From IMG/VR virus record IMGVR_UViG_3300011962_000024, positions 1-64,000 of that record: a DNA stretch of 64,000 nt; one strand, written 5' to 3'. Position 1 is the first letter of the stretch. Every line of letters starts with the position of its first letter. Below the pieces are notes generated by a model, which had not been told where the DNA came from, searched no databases, and saw only the letters and a program-made list of their open reading frames with translations. The position numbers and the translations under genes are program-made. The stretch comes from a virus. Taxonomy: Duplodnaviria > Caudoviricetes. This document shows positions 57,706 through 64,000 of this stretch, one piece after another.

Positions 57706-58266
57706 TCAAGCTGCTTCGCTTTGAAGCACTCCTTCTGCTCGCAATATCTGCTCGGCCTCCTTCAGCGCCTCGCCAACCATGTCTTCCAGGGTCTTGACTA
57801 TCAGGCTCCGCCAGTGCCTCCGAGTCCGCTCTGGGCTGGCCGTCTCGTCCCAGTTGTTCATGTCGTACCAACCGGCGGGCAGGACGATCAGGTCGCGCGT
57901 TGAGCGCTTGCCATCCACACCCTTGAGCGGCGGGATTGCCCAGGTCGTCACCGCCCGATCTACAAACAGTCTCGGGGCGTGGCTTGCGATGAGCGGCACC
58001 AGCGCATGGATAGCCTCAACCTTGCGCAGCTTATGAGTGCTAAACCTGGCAACCAGTGCATTCCAGTGCCGCGGTATCAGTTGGCTATGCAGCCGAGCGA
58101 ACACCCAGCAATCCGCATTCATGCGGTCCTCTGGCGAAACACTCATCCCAGCGGGCCTCCCCTCCCCCGCCGCGTACATGCGCTGCCAGGCTTGCTTGGC
58201 CGTGTTGTCGATACATTCCGCCGCTAGGGCGGATACCACTGCAGCCAGTGTGCTTGGATAGATCAT
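57706..58266 (-). CDS. Late gene regulator / antiterminator Q-like
   Basis: Position after ninG and before tRNA/holin. HWNALVA.FST, PERTRRHW helix-turn-helix-like end. Confidence 0.65.
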   Translation of the reverse strand: MIYPSTLAAVVSALAAECIDNTAKQAWQRMYAAGEGRPAGMSVSPEDRMNADCWVFARLHSQLIPRHWNALVARFSTHKLRKVEAIHALVPLIASHAPRLFVDRAVTTWAIPPLKGVDGKRSTRDLIVLPAGWYDMNNWDETASPERTRRHWRSLIVKTLEDMVGEALKEAEQILRAEGVLQSEAA

Positions 58267-58850
58267 GCGGCCTTCCCCTTCAGGCTTCTGGTCATTGCAC
58301 GGAACGAGGCCTTCATCGCCTTCAGCTCCTCGATGGTGTAGCGCTGGGGCTCGTGGGGCCCCTCAAGCCACTCAACCTGATCGGCGCCGATGCGCTCCAC
58401 CAGGTTGATGCGGTAATTCACGATGTCGCCGGACTTGTGGTTATTGCAGGGGGCACACTGCTTATGGACGTTTAGCGGGTTAAAGCGCAGTTCTGGATTG
58501 GCCCCGACTGTCCGGTAGTGCCCCGCGTGGTACTGGCCCTGGTGATGCCGGCCGCAGCTGATGCACGGCAGGTCGCGATCCCGTTCGCGGATCCACTCGT
58601 TGAAAGCCGCCTGGGTCTCGCGCAGGTGATCGCCCTTGGTCTTGATGCGTTCCCGCGCAGCGCGGCGGGCTGCCCTCTCCTGCTGTTCCTGGCGGCGCGA
58701 CTCCCTCGCTTTCTGCGTCTGGGTCAGCGCGATAGCACAGCCGACGCTGCAGGCAGTCTGCAGTGGCCGAGCGGGCACGAACTCAGCTCGGCAGGCGGTG
58801 TTGCGGCATTTCTTGGGCCGTACGGCCCTGGTGAGCTTGGTTTGCTTCAT
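58263..58850 (-). CDS. ninG: NinG/Rap recombination endonuclease
   Basis: QAAFNEWIRERD..LPCISCG, AGHYRTVG, NVHKQC..CN..KSG. Confidence 0.9.
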   Translation of the reverse strand: MKQTKLTRAVRPKKCRNTACRAEFVPARPLQTACSVGCAIALTQTQKARESRRQEQQERAARRAARERIKTKGDHLRETQAAFNEWIRERDRDLPCISCGRHHQGQYHAGHYRTVGANPELRFNPLNVHKQCAPCNNHKSGDIVNYRINLVERIGADQVEWLEGPHEPQRYTIEELKAMKASFRAMTRSLKGKAA

Positions 58851-59350
58851 GCAATAGCCCTCCGCAAGACCGGGACCACATGACCAAGCCCTGCCCTTTC
58901 CAGCGCAGCGACATTTGCTAGCCCGTAGGCAACCAGGCAGATCGGTGCGCCGGAGTTGAATGCCGCCCGGCTGCCATCGATGCGGTGAAAGTGTGGGCGG
59001 CCCTGAAGAAACAGCACGGCGTCGGCTGCGCCCCAGACCGTCTCGAAGAACATGGCTGTCTCGGTGCGGGCCGGGATCAACGCGATTCCGTTGCCATGCG
59101 CGGCGAGCTTGCGCATCCACTTGATTGCCTCGCGGCCGAATGGCGGGTTCATCCATACGCGGCCATGCCACTCTCGAGCTAGGCCGTCATCTTCCTTGCA
59201 GAAGTGAGCGGCGGCGGTCGGCCAGGGGCGGCGCGATTCATGCGGCGAACATGGGTCTAGGTCAAACGAGCCAAGCGCGGCCAGTATCTCCGGCGGCGTC
59301 AGCCATTCATCAGTGCCCATGACGGGCGATTGGTGTCCTGACATGCTCAT
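58847..59350 (-). CDS. Phage DNA N6-adenine methyltransferase
   Basis: DEWLTP, FDLDPC, DGL...W, VWMNPPFG. Confidence 0.88.
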   Translation of the reverse strand: MSMSGHQSPVMGTDEWLTPPEILAALGSFDLDPCSPHESRRPWPTAAAHFCKEDDGLAREWHGRVWMNPPFGREAIKWMRKLAAHGNGIALIPARTETAMFFETVWGAADAVLFLQGRPHFHRIDGSRAAFNSGAPICLVAYGLANVAALERAGLGHVVPVLRRAIA

Positions 59351-59571
59351 GCCGCCACCTCCCCGAACAGCTCGAGCTGAACTTCGCCGCGCTCGAGGTA
59401 TGTCTGAGCGCGACGGTGCGCCATGTTCTTCCGGAAGGCCGCGAGCTCAAGCCGCCGATCAGCCGGGCCGGCACCTAGATAGCGGGCAAACGCCAGGTTC
59501 ATACGCGCTCGCTCGGTCCAGAAGTTCCGGTTTGCTACCGGGCAGACCGTGATTTCTTCGAGGGTCGTCAT
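59347..59571 (-). CDS. Hypothetical phage protein
   Basis: Translationally coupled; ends VQLELF. Confidence 0.55.
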   Translation of the reverse strand: MTTLEEITVCPVANRNFWTERARMNLAFARYLGAGPADRRLELAAFRKNMAHRRAQTYLERGEVQLELFGEVAA

Positions 59572-59840
59572 GCCTCCACCTCGCGGGATTTCTGGCGCTC
59601 TGGCTGGAAGTCGCCGCGCAGGGGCATGAGGTTCCTTTCATGCTCAATAGTCGAATCCTCACCAACGGCAACGTGCCAGCCAGGTCTCCCGCTCGAAGGG
59701 CGGAATACATATGAACGCTTTCCGTCGATCGAGGTGACGATATCGCCAGGCATCACGAACCTAATCAGCTCTACCGCCCTTCCCATGAAATGCCCCGACA
59801 GAGCCAGCGCCAGATCGCCCGGCTTGAATTGGTTATTCAT
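59568..59840 (-). CDS. Hypothetical phage protein
   Basis: Coupled ORF MNNQFKPGDLAL...LMPLRGD. Confidence 0.6.
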   Translation of the reverse strand: MNNQFKPGDLALALSGHFMGRAVELIRFVMPGDIVTSIDGKRSYVFRPSSGRPGWHVAVGEDSTIEHERNLMPLRGDFQPERQKSREVEA

Positions 59841-60424
59841 GCAAAGCCCCCCATCACTTCTGCCGCCGCCATCGCATCGGCCTCGGTCTCAAAATGCGCC
59901 GACAGCACCAGCCGCCAGCAGGCGTTGAACACGTCCCGGTAAAGCGGCTCGAACGCCGTGTCGTCCATGGCGGCCCAGCTGATGGACTTGGCCTCCTTGC
60001 GGATACCGTCCGGGGTCTGCACCAGGTGGAAATGCCCTGCTTCGATGGTCACCCAGTCGCGGAAGGCCTCGCGGCTCTTGTCCACTGCGGGAAATCGGTC
60101 GGCGCGGTCGGCCTCGAGCTTTTCCAGGTACGCCTGCACTGCGGCGCCCAGTTGCCCTGGCTTGCCGTTCAGGTCTTCGAAGTACTTGGCCAGGCCACGA
60201 ATGCCGCGCAGCTCCTGCCGGGGAATGAGCCCGCCCTTCGGCTCCCAGTACTCCCAGGCCAGATCGAGCATGGCGAAGAACTTGCCGTGGAATTTTGCGT
60301 TCCGCATGCGGGTGAATTTGCCGTGCACGACCTGGCCGGCCTTCCACTTCTGGACGGTCTCGCGGTCGGCTTCCGTGGCCGGGACCAGGCCCTGGGCGGT
60401 GCGGATGAGTGCGAGGTCAGCCAT
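59837..60424 (-). CDS. DUF1367 family protein
   Basis: RNAKFHGKFFAML, FRDWVTIEAGH, KSISWAAMDD..F..LY. Confidence 0.8.
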   Translation of the reverse strand: MADLALIRTAQGLVPATEADRETVQKWKAGQVVHGKFTRMRNAKFHGKFFAMLDLAWEYWEPKGGLIPRQELRGIRGLAKYFEDLNGKPGQLGAAVQAYLEKLEADRADRFPAVDKSREAFRDWVTIEAGHFHLVQTPDGIRKEAKSISWAAMDDTAFEPLYRDVFNACWRLVLSAHFETEADAMAAAEVMGGFA

Positions 60425-60521
60425 TTCGCCCTCCCCGCTTCACCCGCACCAGAAACTCCAGGGTCGCGCACGCGGCGATGGCGATCAGGAAGGAGAGTGT
60501 TGGGATTAGGAATGCGGTCAT
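60417..60521 (-). CDS. 34-aa membrane peptide (not in ORF track)
   Basis: MTAFLIPTLSFLIAIAACATLEFLVRVKRGGRNG. Start overlaps the upstream stop (ATGA) and its stop overlaps the next start. Confidence 0.45.
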   Translation of the reverse strand: MTAFLIPTLSFLIAIAACATLEFLVRVKRGGRNG

Positions 60522-61294
60522 GCCTTCACCTCCAGCGCAGCCAGCGCGTCCAGTTGTTCTTGGCGACGCTTTTCGAAACGCTCCTGACGCTCACGGAGAT
60601 CAGCGACGCGCTTGGCTTCCTTCGCCGCTTGCGACTCAGCTACCGACGCCTTCACGAGCTGCAACTTGGCGCGCACGTCTTGGCTCGGCATCGCAACGCG
60701 CCCAGTGATCAGGCCAGCAATGGCAGCACCGTCCTGGGTGATCGGCTCGTGCGTCAGTTGCTCGCGGTATTCCTGAACGACCGGCGCGGGAAGACGGCCA
60801 AGGCGCCCGGCCTCCTCCACTGCCATCAGGCGGCGCTGGGGGTCGAATCCGGGAGACAGCGACCACTTGACCGGCCTGCCTTCGCGGCGGGCGGTGTCAA
60901 TCAGGCGCTGGTAGGCGGACAGAAACGACATGCGGGCACCGACCTTGTCGCCGGCGTCGAGAATCGCGCGAGCTGCACCAAGGGCCAGCTGGATTTCGTC
61001 AGTCAGCACAACGCTGTCGAACTCATCCGATGCTGCCAGGGCGAGCGACCAGGCTTCGTTGGGCTCAGGACGGCCATCAGCAGCCTGAACACGCTGAAGG
61101 ATTGCCGCCAGGGTCAGCTTGCCGGTCAGCTCCTTCCGGCATGCGCGCAGAGCGGCAGCAATATCCTCCATGCCGTACTCGGCGAGGTCTTCAGCCATAA
61201 GCTCGGCCGCATTGGCGCTGATCGCATGACCCAGGGTTTCAGCGGTCGCGCACAGGGCGGCGGCCAGTTCAGCTTGTTGGTCACAGGAAAGCAT
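60518..61294 (-). CDS. Replication protein P-like / helicase loader
   Basis: Follows the O-like gene. LTGKLTLAAI..R....DGRP..NEAW, DKVGARMSF..AY.RL. Confidence 0.65.
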   Translation of the reverse strand: MLSCDQQAELAAALCATAETLGHAISANAAELMAEDLAEYGMEDIAAALRACRKELTGKLTLAAILQRVQAADGRPEPNEAWSLALAASDEFDSVVLTDEIQLALGAARAILDAGDKVGARMSFLSAYQRLIDTARREGRPVKWSLSPGFDPQRRLMAVEEAGRLGRLPAPVVQEYREQLTHEPITQDGAAIAGLITGRVAMPSQDVRAKLQLVKASVAESQAAKEAKRVADLRERQERFEKRRQEQLDALAALEVKA

Positions 61295-62195
61295 TGCGCT
61301 TACCTCCCTTCTGGCGGATGCGCTCAGCGGCTTCCTGTGCGGCGTTGATGTTGGCCTGGGTCTGCTCGATCTGGCGGGCAGTGGCCCCGTTGATCTGGCG
61401 TCCCGTCTGCCATTGGGTGTGGAACGCCTCGGCCTTGGCGAGCAGGTCGTTCAGGTTGTGGCAGCCGTTGATCAGGCGTGCGTCGTTGACGGTCAGGTAG
61501 AACGCGGCCACCTGTGGCGCAGCGTCTGCCCCTAGGCGGTCGATCAGCTGGCCGACCTGCCCCCCGGCTTTGGCATTCCAGACAGGCCAGGTGCCGTAGC
61601 GCTTGCGGTAGGCGAAGGCGTAGTTGGCCCAGGTACGGAAGGTTTTGCAGGTCTGGTCTTTGGGGCCCGGCATGTCTGCTGGGATTTCAACGCGTGGCCT
61701 CACCGGCTCGAACGGAACGACCTGACCCGTGGCGACCGAGGCGTCAGCCTGGGGCGGCAATGGTTCATTGACCGGTTCATTGACCGGTTCATTGACCGGT
61801 TCAAGAGAGTGACTGGTTCTGGGTGCAGCTCCTGCACTACCCCCTGGTGCAGGAGATTCACTAGGGGGTGCAGCTCCTGCACTACCCTGGTGAACATGCT
61901 GCACTACCCCTGGTGCAGGAGATTCACCACCAAGGGTCAGGAAATACACGTTCGACGAGTTCCCCTTAGGGCCTCCCTTCCTGATTTCCTTGCGGAGCAG
62001 GCCGGACTCGCAGAGCGCGGCAATGTGGTTCATCACCGACCGCTTGCTGATCTCACATTGATCGGCGATATGCTGGTACGAGGGCCAGCACTCGCCCTGA
62101 TCGCTGGCGTTGTCGGCCAGCTTGATCAGCACCAGCTTGCGCAGTGGATTGCCGACGCGAATCTTCATCGCGGCGACCATAAGTCCCATGCTCAC
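61281..62195 (-). CDS. Replication initiator O-like (N-terminal HTH)
   Basis: KLVLIKLADNASDQGECWPS...IA..CEISKRSV; internal iterons. Confidence 0.85.
   Translation of the reverse strand: MSMGLMVAAMKIRVGNPLRKLVLIKLADNASDQGECWPSYQHIADQCEISKRSVMNHIAALCESGLLRKEIRKGGPKGNSSNVYFLTLGGESPAPGVVQHVHQGSAGAAPPSESPAPGGSAGAAPRTSHSLEPVNEPVNEPVNEPLPPQADASVATGQVVPFEPVRPRVEIPADMPGPKDQTCKTFRTWANYAFAYRKRYGTWPVWNAKAGGQVGQLIDRLGADAAPQVAAFYLTVNDARLINGCHNLNDLLAKAEAFHTQWQTGRQINGATARQIEQTQANINAAQEAAERIRQKGGKRNAFL
61762..61927. repeat. Phage replication origin: iterons inside the O-like gene
   Basis: CTGCACTACCC(C)TGGTG three times and GGTGCAG inverted copies at 61821-61927. GGTTCATTGACC three times at 61762-61797. 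Confidence 0.7.
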
Positions 62196-62995
62196 GCGGC
62201 ACCCCCGGCGACAATCCTCACCAATTCGGCAAAACGCTCGACATACCAGTGAGGCTGCGTTTCGCGAGGAGAATGAGGGCTGGTGAGGTTTTTGCCATAG
62301 CGCTGCCCTTTCTCGGTGACAGCCCAGAAATGGACGGTTTCGCGCTTGGCGTTCACGCGGGACATCTGCTTGATGATCCCGGCGTCGCGCAGCTTCCAGT
62401 TAAATGGCGCAGCTGCGCACTTTATGCCGTGCAGCTTCAGCAGTTCGGTCAGCGGCTTAGTGGGCATGGAACCGCCGCCGTCACCAGCATCTGGCGCCGC
62501 ATCTATCGCATAGGCAGGCAGAAAGCTTGGCTCCAGACCATTGTTCTCGGCGATCTTGGCCAGCATCAGAATCTGGCTGGACGGTGCCGGCTTCAGCAGG
62601 CGAGTGAAGCACTCCATGATGGCGATCTCGCCGATCACCTTCGTTCCATTCGACGTCACGGCGACGCGTGACGCTTCCTGCTGCTCAAGTTCGCGCCAGC
62701 GGCGGATCACCTTCATCCGCAGTGCGGCACTGTATCCGGTCAGCAGGCAGTCGGTATGCTCGCGGTCCAACAGGTACTCGGTCTGGCGGCGCCCGCGACC
62801 ATCCAGGTAGATATGCTCAAAACTGAGCACATTGGCTTTCAGGTCGGCAAGCATCGTCAGCACGTCGCGCTTCACGTTGGTGTGGCGCTTCCCGGTGAGC
62901 TTGGCGATCTCGCGAGAGGACATAGTCCGAGTCACGGAATCGTCCGGCGTGAAGCCACGAGACGCAGGGTTGATCGTAGTGTTCAGGTTTTGCAT
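62192..62995 (-). CDS. Rha-family regulator / antirepressor
   Basis: TMSSREIAKLTGKRH.NVKRD, LLTGYSAALR.KVI.RW.ELE. C-terminal antirepressor-like TEKG..YG...ETQP. Confidence 0.8.
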   Translation of the reverse strand: MQNLNTTINPASRGFTPDDSVTRTMSSREIAKLTGKRHTNVKRDVLTMLADLKANVLSFEHIYLDGRGRRQTEYLLDREHTDCLLTGYSAALRMKVIRRWRELEQQEASRVAVTSNGTKVIGEIAIMECFTRLLKPAPSSQILMLAKIAENNGLEPSFLPAYAIDAAPDAGDGGGSMPTKPLTELLKLHGIKCAAAPFNWKLRDAGIIKQMSRVNAKRETVHFWAVTEKGQRYGKNLTSPHSPRETQPHWYVERFAELVRIVAGGAA

Positions 62996-63193
62996 ACTGA
63001 GAACCTCAGGCTTTTGCAAAGAATCAGCCCGCCCGCCAGCGGGCTTTTTCATGTCTGTAATTCCGGTACTGGATAGCCGTACAGCTAAACCAGACCAATA
63101 CCGCCGCTTCGCTTGCCTGCCTAAGATGGAATCCATGGAAACCACTGACAGGGACGTTGCTATGCAAAGACGATCACCCCAACACCCTGCCGC

Positions 63194-63397
63194 TCATGCC
63201 GCCCGGCTCTTCGGCTGCTGGGAAGGGAACGGGCGCAGCTCTTCGGCGGTGTGCGTGCCGTCGGCATGCTCAATGACATAAATCTCGCGGCCGACACGAA
63301 GCGCTTTGTTCAGCGCGCCCTGCGTGAGACCGAGGGTCTTGGCAGCCTCGGTCTGGCCTTTGGCCTCAGCGAATTCTTTAAGAGGAATGCGGCGCAT
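63194..63397 (-). CDS. cro: Cro-like repressor
   Basis: GQTEAAKTLGLTQGALNKALR.GREI...AEELRPFPS, lambda Cro-like. Confidence 0.9.
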   Translation of the reverse strand: MRRIPLKEFAEAKGQTEAAKTLGLTQGALNKALRVGREIYVIEHADGTHTAEELRPFPSQQPKSRAA

Positions 63398-63430
63398 TGC
63401 TCTGCTCTCCTAGTTTGTTCTGCTTCAGAA

Positions 63431-63492
63431 TATCTCTTTAGGAGATACGGAACAACTCCTATGGAGATAGGCAGATATTTCCGCCGGGAATA
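63431..63492. promoter_or_regulatory. Three 17-bp operators (OR-like) between cro and cI
   Basis: TATCTCTTTAGGAGATA (63431), CAACTCCTATGGAGATA (63453), TATTTCCGCCGGGAATA (63476). Confidence 0.75.
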
Positions 63493-63502
63493 GAATCCGA
63501 AA

Positions 63503-64000
63503 ATGAAAAAAGACCGACGCCCTTTGCAGGAGTGGGAGAAGCAGGAGTGCGCCTCGCTGAAGGCGGAGTTCTTGGCTTACAACCTATCCCCGCCCAATGG
63601 AAAAAAGCTCACTCAGGAAGAGGCTGCGCACGCTCTTGGAATGAGCCAGGGGACTTTCAGCAGTCACCTGAACGGCTATCGAGCCCTCAATAAAGAAATG
63701 GCTGCGACCCTCGCAAAGATGCTCGGTATCCCTGTCTCGCGGTTCAGCAAAAGGCTGGCAGAAGAGATTCAGGCCATGTCCGAGGCGGCCGGAATCAACG
63801 AGGCTTCGGCTGGCGCGGCCCGAGACGCAGAAAGCGGCTCAGCATCTTCTGCCGAACTGGTGCTCGAGATGCTTGCCAAGGCAGGCAAGCTCACACCCGA
63901 AGGTCGCCAGGCCATTCTCTCGGCAGTCGATGAGGCGTCTGATTCCCCTCCTCCCAGTAACGTCATCACGCACGACTTCTCCGGCCTGCGCGTGCGCCCG
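63503..64000 (+). CDS. cI: CI-like repressor (truncated by the window edge)
   Basis: MKKDRRPL...LTQEEAAHALGMSQGTFSSHLNGYRALN HTH. Open to the end of the window; divergent from cro. Confidence 0.85.
   Translation, partial: MKKDRRPLQEWEKQECASLKAEFLAYNLSPPNGKKLTQEEAAHALGMSQGTFSSHLNGYRALNKEMAATLAKMLGIPVSRFSKRLAEEIQAMSEAAGINEASAGAARDAESGSASSAELVLEMLAKAGKLTPEGRQAILSAVDEASDSPPPSNVITHDFSGLRVRP

Larger units (their letters stand above)
28083..64000 (-). mobile_element. Lambdoid siphovirus prophage (continues past the right edge)
   Basis: Ordered cI/cro, O/P-like, nin, Q, holin, terminase, portal, capsid, tail, J, fibre and lysis genes, starting at a tRNA-Pro att copy. Confidence 0.95.

Noticed and set aside
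57017-57871. 284-aa minus-strand ORF spanning the tRNA
   Set aside because: Reads through the holin in another frame, the tRNA and two terminators; low-complexity translation.
61762-61927. CRISPR-like or VNTR array
   Set aside because: Repeats are contiguous or irregularly spaced, lack unique spacers and lie inside the replication gene. No cas genes in the window.

Overview
The window holds two adjacent mobile elements in what looks like a Pseudomonas-type chromosome (inferred from the tRNA and gene types). Both sit on the 3' side of a tRNA-Pro(GGG) locus whose intact gene is not in the window. (1) About 34-28082 is a complete 28 kb integrative island. It is bounded by a direct repeat of the tRNA-Pro 3' half plus its terminator, and has integrase arm-type repeats at both ends. 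Its backbone resembles CP4-57: tyrosine integrase, YfjI/DUF3987, AlpA, DUF932, YqaJ, RadC, an inovirus-Gp2/YfjJ protein and a RelE-type toxin-antitoxin pair. Its cargo is a LexA-boxed umuDC/SRAP/CsrA-like cassette and a defence region. The defence region has a Type I R-M operon with an ABC-ATPase + HNH pair inserted between hsdS and hsdM, an HsdS with an extra C-terminal domain, a broken mrr-like gene fused to an alpA tail, and a 1085-aa SF2 helicase-nuclease. (2) About 28083 to beyond 64000 is a lambdoid siphovirus prophage read mostly on the minus strand: cI/cro switch with three 17-bp operators, replication genes with iterons, nin region, Q-like regulator, an initiator-type tRNA-Met, holins, terminase, head, tail, fibre, endolysin, Rz/Rz1 and an SOS-linked SRAP module. 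Its integrase end lies beyond the right edge. The best candidate for an under-described system is the translationally coupled hsdR-hsdS(+extension)-ATPase-HNH-hsdM operon. Family names come from motif recognition by eye; no database search was run.
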